DNA of 64,000 bases from Octopus sinensis (Eukaryota): assembly GCF_006345805.1 (NCBI RefSeq), contig NC_043004.1:78182001-78246000 (forward strand), in the 5' to 3' direction. Positions 49,300-61,498 of this stretch are shown here, in pieces. Each line of letters starts with the position of its first letter. Position 1 is the first letter of the stretch. The notes below the pieces were generated by a model that was not told the origin of the DNA, made no database searches, and saw only the letters and a program-made list of their open reading frames with translations. The translations under genes were made by a program, and so were the position numbers.

Positions 49300-50523
49300 T
49301 GGAGGTGCAATGGCCCAGTGGTTAGGGCAGCAGACTCTCGGTCGTAGGATCACGCTGCCAAATTCCCATTCGAAATATATAGTGTTCAAAGTGACAACTA
49401 GTCACTGATCTATAAATTAGAAAATTACTATTTAAAAAGTACTGTTGCTGAATATCTCATGTTGTGAGATTTAAAAATAGTAATTTTGGCATTATATCAT
49501 GCTTGAGATGATGACCCATCAAGCCAAGCAAAATCGTAGTTGTGGAAGACACCAATGTCACGCGAATTGGCACTCATGCCAGTGGCACATAAACACATCC
49601 TGGTGTCATGCAAATGGTACCCGTGCTGCTGGCACGTATAAACATCCATTGCACTCTCAGAGTGGTTGGTGTGAGGATGGGCATTGGGCCATAGAAAACT
49701 ATGCCAAATCAGGCTGGAGTCTGGTGCAGCCTTCCAGGGTGCCAGCCCATTCAAACTGTCCAACCCATGCCAGCATGGACAATGGGCGTTAAATGATGAT
49801 GATGATGATGATGATGATGATGCATACACATAATGGGCTTCTTTCAGTTTCCATCTACCAAATCCACTTACAAGGCTTTGGTTGGCCCGAGGCTATAGTG
49901 GAAGACATTTGCCCAAGGTGCCATGCAGTGGGACTGAACCTAGAATCATGTGGTTAGGATGCAAACTTCTTACCACACCTGTTCCTAAAGACAAAATTAT
50001 TTTAATATCTTCCTTATTTTCCAAATTAACTGGAACAAAAATTGTAGATTTCAACTGAAATCTCATAGCAAATGGGTTAAACAGTTGATGGCATTTAAGA
50101 CATGGCCAGAAAATTCCTTGAATCATTATTCTCAGGAGAATATATTGGAACCATTTCTGAGATTATATCAAGTTGGTAATGTATGCATTGCCATATACAT
50201 GTATGTATGTATGTATGTATGTATGTGATTGTGTGTGTGCATGTATGTGTATGCATATATGTATGAATGTATGTATGTGTGTAGTGTATGTATGTATGTG
50301 TGTGTATGCATGTATGTATGTATGTATGTATGTGTGTGTGTGTATGCATATATGTATGTATGAATGTATTTGTGTGTGTAGTGTATGTAAGTATGTATGT
50401 GTGTATGCATGCATGTATGTGTGTATATATGTGTGTATGTATATATGTATGAATGTATGTGTGTATGCATGTATGTATGTGTGTGTTTTTGTGCATGCAC
50501 ATGTGTGCATGTATGTGTGTGAA

Positions 50524-50570
<47 letters not shown>

Positions 50571-50589
50571 TATATATATATACTACATA

Positions 50590-51100
50590 TGTGGAAAATC
50601 TGTGTGTGTGTTTGTTTGTGGAGTTGTTATCTAACTCCTCCTACATCGTTTTATCGATTTTGATGAAACTTGACACGTGAGTAGAACTCATGTCTGGAAA
50701 ACGAGTGACATACTTAGATTGTTGAAAAAATCGATAATACGGCCTCTGGAAGGGACCTTTATATCTACCTCATATAACTAATTTTTTTAAACACCCATGG
50801 GAAATAACCCATACCACCTGCACAATATTCTTTTAAACACTCAAGAGAAATAACCCATTTCATTGTTTATGTTCGATTACTTTGAATATTGATTTTTTGT
50901 GTGTCCAATTTCTAATTTTTGCAGATAATATTTTTATACTTTATTTGACAATTGAGTAGAACTCATGTCTCGTGACATACTTAGATTGTTGAAAAAAATT
51001 GATAATAGGGTCCATCCAATGGATCCTCCTATCTGCTACATATTACCAATATTTCATTTAAACAACCCAAGGGAAATAACTCATACCACCTGCAGTTTTT
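50590..51100 (+). mobile_element. Helitron/Helentron-like non-autonomous repeat with internal direct repeats
   Basis: TGTGTGTTTGTTTGT, 'atcgattttgatgaaacttgacac'; GTGAGTAGAACTCATGTCT..GTGACATACTTAGATTGTTGAAAAAA at ~50677 and ~50954. Confidence 0.45.
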
Positions 51101-52589
51101 AACGAAGCAATCAATATTTGATTCTCACAATCAGCTGATCCAATTCTATATTTCACTACTCACAGTTTTGAACTACTAAACATTATTATTGCACTTCCTT
51201 AATTTGAATCTCTTCATTCATACATTTCTATACATACATACTTATTTGAATGCCCATTACTCTTATTATTCTGCATTTTTACAGTTGCACTTCTTCCATG
51301 ATAGTAGTTAAATTTTTTATACCGCAACATATTTGTAGTGGCTTCATGCAGGCATAGCGTGGATTCAATCATCGATCACCAAATTTCACTTAACACTTCA
51401 ACAGTGCTTTTCTCATGGTAAAACAATAGTTTTTCTGTGAACGACAACCTCTCTTGCCAACCTCCGAAAAACTCTCTCAACAACCTCTCTAGACAACCTC
51501 CTATGACCTCTCTTGCCAACCTCTGACAACTTCTCTCCTCTAGCTGACAGTTTTTGTTCTATTTCATGATGGAAAATACACCTTTTGTGGCAGTTATAAT
51601 GAAATTGCTTTCTTATATCAGAGCAATAAAGCGTTTCAATAGAACATCTTTACCCCCAGGAATTACTGGGGTTTTTTTCTGTAGTTTCAGCTCAGAGCTG
51701 TGGCCATGCTGCAGCACTGCCGTTTTGCTACACTGATATTACTGAGAGCCTCCTCTAACATATGGTATTGGTGAAAAATGGAGTTTGATGTAGCTACTCT
51801 CATTTGCATCTCTTACCGTGAGGTTGGTTCATCTGGGACTCTCAACAGGAAGAGGTCCAGCCTTGATTTAAAAATGCCTACATCTACTTTATATATATAT
51901 ATTATATATATATAAAGAGAAAACGTAAGTCCTGGAGCCAATTTGTTTGACCAAACCCTTCAACGTGGTGCCCCAGCATGGCCACAGTTCTATGACAAAA
52001 GAATTAAAAGAATAAAGTACAAAAATTTTTTTTTAAAAACCCCACCATTTCTATACAATTTATATCCAATTCATAATTTGTTTTTTTCTCTCAATCTCTA
52101 ACTCCATATAGTGGCAACCACCTCTGTATTTCACTGTCTTAATTTTAAATATATTCTCCTCAGTTGAAAAGAAAAGGAAACCACCACCACCACCACCACC
52201 ACCACCACCATCATTAAAAAGATTTCCTCTTTTTTTTAATTTCCTTTTTTCTTTAAAACTAATAAATTCTAAAAATGAATTCTGTGAATTTTAATTTCCT
52301 CCTCAAATTGTTGTCACTTTTTTATTTTATTTAACAAACTTTTACTATTTCTCACTGTATCTTAATGCGCTGTTTCTATGGGCCCTTGAGGAAAATATAT
52401 TCATAGTAGTAGTGGTGGTGATGGTAATGGCGATGGGGCTGGTGGTGGGGTGGGAGTGGTTCTTTATTCATTGGGATTCTGGATGAAAATACCTTATAAT
52501 ATTTAGTTATGGACCTTTCTTTCTATTCTGAGTTCAAATCCATAAAGACCAACTTGGCCTTTCATTTTTCAGGGGTCAATGATATAAAA

Positions 52590-52890
52590 TACCAATCAGA
52601 GTATGGTTGCTTTCTCGTTTTCTGTGACCTTTTCTGGTGTGTGCCTATACCATCTTTTTTCTGTTGTTATTCCATAGTGTTGGCATAGCTTCCAATGTAT
52701 GTAGGTTCCAACTCTGTCATGTCTGTGAATATATTCCTTCTTAGCCAGGACTGGGCAGCCAGAGATAATATGATTTATTGTTTCTTGTCCATCTCCACAT
52801 ATTCTGCAGTTACTTGTTATGTTTCTTTTCATTACATGTTTTTGGTAATTTCTGGTGGGGAGGTTTCGGTCTTGTGCTGCAATTAAAAAT
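52590..52890 (-). mobile_element. R4/Dong-type (RLE) non-LTR retrotransposon fragment beside (TAA)n
   Basis: CRICGDGQETINHIISGCPVLAKKEYIHRHDRVG...ENEKATIL: the CX2C-H-C knuckle preceding the RLE domain. Confidence 0.85.
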
Positions 52891-52919
52891 CCTTCAGTCT
52901 CTGCTTTGAGTCCTTATCC

Positions 52920-52992
<73 letters not shown>

Positions 52993-53212
52993 CATCATCA
53001 TCATCATTATTATTATTACCCATGATGCTTTTACTCTGGCAGATGTTATAACAGCAATATACTAAAAGAGTGAGCATATCCAATGTCTAAAGGTCTTTTG
53101 TGTCATTCCTTCTCCTCCAACTTTCTAACCCTTAATTTCTCTCTTCGTCTCCCTGATATTTCTCCACTTTCTCACTTTGCTTCTCATGGTGAAGCAATAT
53201 CTACAATAAATG

Positions 53213-53428
53213 CTTTGTTGGAGTGAAGATTGTTTGCCAACATAACATGGCAGTCCTGGTTTAGGACGAATGTTGCTGTATTTTAGGAGACATCGTCTCC
53301 AGCTGGCTATATGACACAACACATCTTATAGCCAGCTGAAGATGATGTTACCAGGGGCTAAATTACAGCAACATTCGTCCTAAACCAGGACTGCCATGTT
53401 TTGTTGGCAAACAATCTTCACTCCAAAG
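53213..53428. repeat. Foldback with ~100-bp arms abutting a Penelope endonuclease remnant
   Basis: 53218-53311 mirrors 53327-53426 (TTGGAGTGAAGATTGTTTGCCAAC...CAGCTGGCTATA), 15-nt loop. Confidence 0.85.
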
Positions 53429-53444
53429 TACTGTCACTGAATAT

Positions 53445-53600
53445 CTCTTATGAGGTTGTTGTGTTCTAACATTTGTGCTGCTTCTTTTAGTTTTCCAGTG
53501 GTGTTCTCTATTATTTTAACTTCATCCCACAGGGGGAAGCGGTCTCCGTTTTTCTATACATGATCAGCTCTACCCGACTTATCTCCTCTTGCATGTTTGT
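53445..53600 (-). mobile_element. Penelope-like GIY-YIG endonuclease C-terminal remnant
   Basis: Minus strand: DKSGRADHV*KNGDRFPLWDEVKIIENTTGKLKEAAQML, resembling the PLE KS..A.H...H...W..VKII...KLKEA motif. Confidence 0.6.
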
Positions 53601-53790
53601 TTTTCTTTTCTCTTCCCCACAACAATGTCAGGTTTCCAATGTCTAATCTGATGCTCACACTGAACCATTGCCTCCCACAGAATTTTACAATCTTCATTCT
53701 CTGTAACTTCTTCTGGGCTTTGGTCATATCACGTCTTTGAATCTTTCTAATCCATAATTTCCACAGACCTCCCAATTGATCATTCTTGCC
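53600..53790 (-). mobile_element. R4/Dong-type RLE fragment
   Basis: EVTENEDCKILWEAMVQCEHQIRHWKPDIVV (ILWD...RPDIVV RLE motif). Confidence 0.7.
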
Positions 53791-53849
53791 ACATTGTCAT
53801 GTTGTCTTTCGTGCCAATTTCAGACATTCACTAACAACGTGCCATACCT

Positions 53850-54080
53850 ATTTCTTTTCTACCCACAAGGGGTTAAACACAGAGGGGACAAACAAGGACA
53901 GACAGAGGGATTAAGTCGATTACATAGACCCCAGTGCATAACTGGTACTTATTTAATCGACCCCAAAAGGATGAAAGGCAAAGTCGACTTCGGCGGAATT
54001 TGAACCCAGAACATAACGGCAGACAAAATACGGCTACGCATTTCGCCCGGCGTGCTAACGAATCTGCCAGCTTGCTGCCT
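53850..54080 (-). mobile_element. Family A SINE, full length
   Basis: Reverse complement of the 61269-61498 copy. Confidence 0.85.
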
Positions 54081-56318
54081 TACCATTAAAACATGCCATA
54101 CCATTTCACCCCTCTCACCACACATTCTGCATTTGTTACTCTCAGCAGTGTTGTCAATTATCCCCCTCACATAGTTCATCCTCAATGCTTCTTCTCGTAC
54201 TGTGCATATCAGCACCTCCGTTTCTATCTTCTATCACTCCTCTGTGTTTTCACACTTACAACAGAACAGAGCAGAAAAACTTCCCATATTTTACCTGGCT
54301 ACAGGTGTGGTGCTAGTGAAGTTAAGCAGGTGGTGCTGATATCTACATGTAGCTAATGTTCTACCATTTTTCCTAAATTATGGTGTAAACTGAAACATAT
54401 TATGTGTATATTATTGAAATATTTATCAATAATGGTAAATCAGAGGGAGTTTTGTTTTTGTTTTTTGTCACACCCCTTTATGTCAGCAATATTTGTTAGA
54501 AAATGTCTAACTAGATCAAAACCTCCCATTTACCCTCTCTTACAAATTTTAATGTCTTGTGTTTACGTAATAAATCACTTTCTTTTTTTTAATGGTTGGC
54601 TCAGAGTTGTACAAAATCTCAACAGACGTTATTTGTTTTCATAATAACTTTCTTTTAGATGGAATTTCATTCTCAGATAAAAATTTTCATCTTAAAGAGG
54701 GAGAAGTACTACAATAACTGGCTTGCCAACTGTTGTTTTATATATTCAAATATTTGTATCTCTGAATATTTCAGTCAGACTTAATCAAGATAAACTAACA
54801 GATTAATCAATAGAATTTTGAATACTTATATGACATATGTTTTATATATATATATATTTATAAAAATATATCATGGTCATCGTCATCATCATCATCATTT
54901 AATGTCTGTAGTCCATGCTGGAATAGGTTGGATGGTTTGACCAAGGCTGGTAAGCTGGAAGGCTGCACCAGACTCCAGTCTGATTTGGCATGGTTTCTAT
55001 GGCTGGATGCTCTTCCTAACGCCAACCACTCCAAGAGTGTAATAGGTGCTTTTCACATGCAACTGGTACAGGTGCTAGTTACATGATACTGGTATCAGTC
55101 ACATTGCCTCCGTGAGGCTCAGCACTTGAATGGTGCTTTTTGCATACCATGCATATGTGACCTGAGCATCGGCCATGATTACAATTTCACTTGGCTTGAT
55201 GGGTCTTCTCAAGCACAGCATATTGCCATAGATCAGTCATATATATATATACATACATACATATATATATATATACATATATATATATACATATATATAT
55301 ATATAGATGATAAGAAGGGCATCCAGCTGTAAAAATCATGCCAAAACTAACGTCACCCGTGCCAGTGCCACATAAAAAGCACTACGTCCTCTCTGCACAG
55401 TGGTTGGTGTTAGGAAGGGCATCCAGCTGTAAAACCCTGCCAAAACAGACACAGTAGCCTCAGGTAGTTTTTCTACTTGGTTGGCTCATGTCCACCATAC
55501 TACCCATGCATGCATGGAAGATGGACATTAAACGACAATGTTTTATTTATTTATTAATTTATTGTATGACGGAACGCACGCATCCATTTCTAAGTAAGAT
55601 TGTTCTTAATATTAATAATGATGTGCACTCTTAACCTTTCTCTCCTCTCCCTTTCTCAGCCTTCATTCTTTTGGCTTTCCTTTTCTTCTACCTTACTGTC
55701 TCTCCCTCTCTCTCTCTCATTCTTCATTCTTTTCTCTACAACCATTCCCTTTTTTACTATCCCTTTCTCTTACTCCTCCACCTCCCTCCCGTCGCGGTTA
55801 CGTGATGAGATGGCTATTTCTGTCTTTCTTCCCCTGGCTTCCTTCAAGTAGAGACAGTAAAATCTGTTGCTCTCTGCCGTTCTCAAAAAATAGCGTTCGT
55901 AAAAAAATTTTATCTTGTTTGGCTTAACAGCCCTTCTTGTTTGTGTTACTGTTATTCTCCGTGTCCTGTCTTTTACTGTTTATATTTTGTACTGTCGTTA
56001 CTGTCCTGTTTTTGTTACCATTTTTACCCCTCCACAAAAAAATTGCAAATTTTATTTAATTTGATTTTCGCGGGAAGGAAATTTTCATTGAAGTCATGTA
56101 AAGAAGGGGAATTTTCCTTGTTTTGTATGTCCTGTACTCTATTTTTTTGTTGTTTTAAAAAAATGTCCATTTCCTTGGTTTTGTGTTTATGTTTTTGTTT
56201 CTCATTGTGTTCGACTTTTTTTTGTTGTCCTGTACCCATATATGCATGTATATATACATGTGGAGGTGGGTACATGCATGTATGTGTGTATATGTGCATA
56301 TGTTTTATTTATTTATTA

Positions 56319-56391
<73 letters not shown>

Positions 56392-56393
56392 TA

Positions 56394-57588
56394 CAGGGGT
56401 TGGACAAAATAATGGAAGCACCTAGCATCATAATTTTGGAATATCTATAAAACCGTCAAAAGCTTGTTTATTTTTATGTTTTTTGGATTTAATATGCTTT
56501 GCTAAAATTGCTGTTTTTTTTCAGATATCATCAGGTAAAGGTAATTAAAATTCATTAAAATGACAGATCTATCAGAATTTCAAAGAAAACAGCCGAAATG
56601 TTTGGTGTATCAAGAAGTACTGTCTCGAAAGTAGTGACTGCCTTTGAGAAAAAGGGAAAAACCTCCTCGTCGAAACAAAACCCCAGAAGAAAACCAAAAC
56701 TTTCAGAAAGGGACCGTCGAACTCTTATGCAAATTGTTAGAAAGGATCACAAAAGTACAGCTCCCAAAATTTCAGTAGAACTTAATGACCAACTCGAGAA
56801 CTCAGTTTCCACAAAAAATGTTTGCCAGGAGCTGCACAAAACTGGATTTCATGGGAGGGCTGCAATCAGAAAACCACTACTTTCAAAAACAAACATTGCA
56901 AAGCATTTAGAGTGGAGTAAAAACCTACAGAATTGGTCCCTAGAGCAGTGGAAGAATGTTATTTTCTCGGATGAGTCATCCTTTACATTATTTCTGACCA
57001 CCAGCTAAATATACGTGTGGAGGCAGCCAAAAGAAGCATTTGACCCATACTGCCTTCTTCCAACTGTTAAAAATGGAGGAGGATGTGTGATGATCAGGCG
57101 GGGGGAGGCTATATCTTGGAAATCCACTGGTCCAATGGTTTCCCTACAAGACTATTTAAGCATTTTATCTGATCAAATTCACCCTCTGGTTGCAGAACTG
57201 TTTCTGGAGGGAAGTGCAATCTTTGAGGATCATGATGCACCAATTCACACAACTAAAGTTGTTACTGAATGGCATGAGGAACATTCTAGTGAAGTTGAAC
57301 ATCTTATCTGGCCACTACAGTCCCCAGATCTCAATATTATTGAACATTTATGGTGCATTTTAGAAAAACAAGTAAGGAGTCAATAGCCTCCACCATCATT
57401 GCTACAAGAACTGGAGACTGTTTTAGCTGAAGAATGGACAAAAATTCTTTTGAAAACAATTCAAAATTTGTATGAGTCCATACCTTGTAGAATTCAAGCT
57501 GTAATTACTGCCAAAGGCAGTCCTACCCCATATTAAAATAAATTTGTCTGAAATTTTAAGGTGTTTCCATTATTTTATCCAACCCCTG
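56394..57588 (+). mobile_element. 1195-bp Tc1/mariner element, TA TSD, 30-bp TIRs
   Basis: TA|CAGGGGTTGGACAAAATAATGGAAGCACCT ... AGGTGTTTCCATTATTTTATCCAACCCCTG|TA (2 mismatches). Confidence 0.95.
56560..57534 (+). pseudogene. Disrupted Tc1-type transposase with DD36E spacing
   Basis: HTH region GVSRSTVSK, FSDES, FEDHDAP (decayed FQDDNAP), SPDLNIIEHLW. 36 residues between the second-D position and E. Internal stops and deletions. Confidence 0.85.
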
Positions 57589-57745
57589 TATATATCATCT
57601 TGATCATGATGATCATTTTAATGTCCACCTTTCCATGCTTGTATGGGTTCGATGGAGCTCATTCAGCTAGATTTTCTACAGCTGGATGCCCTTCCTGTCA
57701 CCAACCTCTGCCTGTTTCCAAGCAAGGTTATATTTCCCCTTGAAA

Positions 57746-57960
57746 GGTGGCGAGCTGGCAGAAACGTTAGCACGCTGGGTGAAATGCGTAGCCGTATTTC
57801 ATCTGTCGTTACGTTCCAAGTTCAACTTTGCCTTTCATCCTTTCAGGGTCGATAAATTAAGTACCAGTTACGCACTGAGGTCGATGTAATTGACTTAATC
57901 CGTTTGTCTGTCCTTGTTTGTCCTCTCTGTGTTTAGCCCCTTGTGGGTAGTAAAGAAAAA
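57746..57960 (+). mobile_element. Family A SINE with 15-bp TSD, nested in an RTE 3' UTR copy
   Basis: TATATTTCCCCTTGA at 57729-57743 and 57961-57975. Confidence 0.9.
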
Positions 57961-58904
57961 TATATTTCCCCTTGACCTGACTGTTTCCACAGAAGACTGG
58001 AACAGTCAGCTCCACTTGCATTATGGTGACACAGCTGTCATGCAATGTCAAGGTATGGAGGCACACACTCACACTCATTATGTACTCGACAGGCTTCTTT
58101 CATTTTCCATCAACCAAATTCACACACAAAGCTTTGGTTGATCTGGGACTATAGCAGAAGACACTAACCCATCTATCTATTTATCTATCTGTTTCTCTGT
58201 CCACCTGTCTGTCTTTCTCTTTCCCCCTCTCTCTATATAGCATATATTCTTTTATTTTTTTACTAGGTTCAGCTCAAGGGCTGTGATGTATGTATGCATG
58301 CACACACACACACAAACACAATCATTTTAGCAGTTGGGTGCCTGAAAAAAAGGCCAACATCCTGTATTACATAATGCACAAATTATAAATAAAATGCCAT
58401 GCTATTGAAACACATATAGCATGGATTGAACTGTTGTCCATTTATCTCTTTTCATTATATTTTTTTTACTACATAACATATGTTTCTAATGCTATCACAG
58501 AAATTGGAGTTGTGGAGAACCCGATATTAAATAATCATTCTTAATTTTATAATGGAATGATAAAATGAGAACATTATTAATTGATTGATTAATTAATTAA
58601 TTAATATTCCTACAGTATAAACCACAAGCCAGTCACATGCTAGAAGCTAACGAGCTAATAATCATGATTGACATGATCCAAATCAATTGTTATATTTATA
58701 TGTGTGTATATCTTTTATTGCTTATTTTTTGCCTCTTTTAGTCAAACGATCTGACCCCAGAACTTACGTCTTCGGTTAAGTCTGGTACTTATTCCGTTGC
58801 TGTCTTTTACTGGTTGTCAATCAGTAGCGGACGAGAAAGACAGACACAAAGAAATACACACACACACATATACATATGCACACACTCACACACACACACA
58901 CACA

Positions 58905-58939
<35 letters not shown>

Positions 58940-59115
58940 CCATATATGTCACATGCTTCATTCAGTTTCTGTCAACCAAATCCATTTCCAAGGCCCTGCT
59001 GGGCCCAAGGCTTTAGTAAGTGTCACATGATGACACTGAACCCAGAACCATGTGGTTGAGAAGCAAGCTTCTTACCACACAGCCACATCCACACCTATAT
59101 TTATACATTTATAAT

Positions 59116-59890
59116 AGGCACAGGAGTGGCTGTGTGGTAAGTAGCTTGCTTACCAACCACTTGGTTCCGGGTTCAGTCCCACTGCATGGCACCTTGGGCA
59201 AGTGTCTTCTACTGTAGCCTCGGGCCAACTGAAGCCTTGTGAGTGGATTTGGTAGACGGAAACTGAAAGAAGCCTATCATATATATGTGTGTGTCTGTGT
59301 TTGTCCCCACCACCATCACTTGACAACCGATGTTGGTGTGTTTACATCCCTGTAACTTAGCAGTTCGGCAAAAGGGACTGATAGAGTAAGTACTAGGCTT
59401 ACAAAGAATAAGTCCTGAGGGTTGATTTGCTCAACTAAAGGCGATGCTCCACCTTGGCCACAGTAAAATGACTGAAACAAATAAAAGATTAAAAGAAAAG
59501 TATGTGTATATTTTTTTAATAGGCGCAGGAGTGGCTGTGTGGTAAGTAGCTTGCTAACCAACCACATGGTTCCGGGTTCAGTCCCACTGCGTGGCATCTT
59601 GGGCAAGTGTCTTCTGCTATAGCCCCGGGCCGACCAATGCCTTGTGAGTGGATTTGGTAGACGGAAACTGAAAGAAGCCTGTCGTATATATGTATATATA
59701 TATATGTGTGTGTGTGTTTGTGTTTGTCCCCCTAGCATTGCTTGACAACCGATGCTGGTGTGTTTACGTCCGCGTCACTTAGCGGTTCGGCAAAAAGAGA
59801 CCGATAGAATAAGTACTAAAAAGGCGGTGCTCCAGCATGGCCGCAGTCAAATGACTGAAACAAGTAAAAGAGTAAAAGAGTAAAAGAGTA
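59116..59890 (+). mobile_element. Two tandem full-length family B SINEs (59116-59495, 59521-59890)
   Basis: Each begins AGGC(A/G)CAGGAGTGGCTGTGTGGTAAGTAGC and ends ATGACTGAAAA/AC plus an A-rich tail; an inverted copy lies at ~58890-59090. Confidence 0.9.
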
Positions 59891-59940
59891 TACACACACA
59901 CACATGCATACATATACAATATATATATATATATATATAT

Positions 59941-60450
59941 GGTACGTAAAAAGCACTATCCGACTCGTGGCCGATGCCAGCGCCGCCTCCACTGGCTTCT
60001 GTGCTGGTGGCACGTAAAATACACCAATCTGACCGTACGACAGGCACCCATGCCAACCCCCTTGCTTGCGAAGGCATGTTGGGGCAAGCGAAATCGAAAT
60101 CGAATTGAACCAGCCAGGATCCCTGGTCTCGTGGTACGTAAAAAGCACCATCCGACTCGTAGCCGATGCCAGCACCGCCTCGTCTGGCTTCCGTGCCGGT
60201 GGCACATAAAATACACCAATCTGACCGTGGCCGTTGCCAGATTTGCCTGGCACCTGTGCAGGTGGCACGTAAAAAGCACCCACTACACTCACGGAGTGGT
60301 TGGCGTTAGGAAGGGCATCCAGCTGTAGAAACACTGCCAGATAAGACTGGAGCCTGGTGCAGCCTTCTGGCTTCCCAGATCCCCGGTCGAACCGTCCAAC
60401 CCATGCTAGCATGGAGAACGGACGTTAAACGACGATGATGATGATGATGA
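59941..60450 (+). mobile_element. Young family C (RTE 3' UTR) copy with an internal ~95-bp direct repeat
   Basis: GGTACGTAAAAAGCAC...AATCTGACCGT at 59941-60035 and 60133-60227; ends GGACGTTAAACGACGATGATGAT. Confidence 0.75.
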
Positions 60451-60730
60451 TATATATATATGTATAGCATTTTACGCCAGTTTATTCTTTCTTATAAAAA
60501 GGTTGCATGGTTCCACAATTTATAGAAAAGTTACTAAATCTCCCCAACCCTTTGTCCCAACACCCCCACCTCAACTGATATATTCATATATACGTTTAAT
60601 TAGTCTGACAAAGGCAAACAAGCTGAAACTTCGAAGTCACTATCAACCTTCCCCTTGTCAAAGTTTCATAAACATCTACTCTGATAAAATGTATTTATTA
60701 ATTGTTTGCTTTTATGTTAAACTATTTCCT

Positions 60731-60806
<76 letters not shown>

Positions 60807-61268
60807 AAAGACAAAGAAACAAATGCTAATTGTTTTACTGCGATAAATTACAAAGAGGCCTTCAAAGTTACATTCTCCTCAATGGCAGAAAGTGGTTTTA
60901 TATACGAATTCTGTCTTTTGTTGAGGAATGTAATGTTTGAAACTGTTTTTTGTTGAGATACGTCAAGTCTGTTGAGGCGCCGTGACTTGTAGAGAATACC
61001 AATTGTGTTTTTTTATTTTTGGTACATGTTTAACATCATCACTGGAATAACCATGAGATTTCATTTTGCAGTTAAAGGGTTACTACACACATCATCATTA
61101 ATACCACCACCATTGTCATCTTCATCATCATTGTTGTTGCTATTGTCATTGCCGTCATGATCATAATCACATATTTTCTATTTGTCCTATTTGTGCTTAT
61201 ATATATTGTATGTTGCATGAACACACAAACATATACACACACACATATATATATACATATATACGCAA

Positions 61269-61498
61269 GGCGGCGAGCTGGCAGAAACGTTAGCGCGCCG
61301 GGCGAAATGCTTAGTGGTATTTCGTGTGTCGATACGTTGTGAGTTCAAATTCCGCCGAGGTCGACTTTGCCTTTCATCCTTTCGGGGTCGATAAATTAAG
61401 TATCAGTTACCCACAGGGGTCGATGTAATCGACTTAATCCCTTTATCTGTCCTTGTTTGTCCCCTCTATGTTTAGCCCCTTGTGGGTAGTAAAGAAAT
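61269..61498 (+). mobile_element. Family A SINE, young full-length copy
   Basis: GGCGGCGAGCTGGCAGAAACGTTAGC...GAGTTCAAATTCC tRNA-like head; tail TGTCCCCTCTATGTTTAGCCCCTTGTGGGTAGTAAAGAAAT. Confidence 0.9.

Noticed and set aside
61269-61360. tRNA genes at SINE heads
   Set aside because: Only A/B-box similarity, no complete cloverleaf, and each continues into SINE body and tail.
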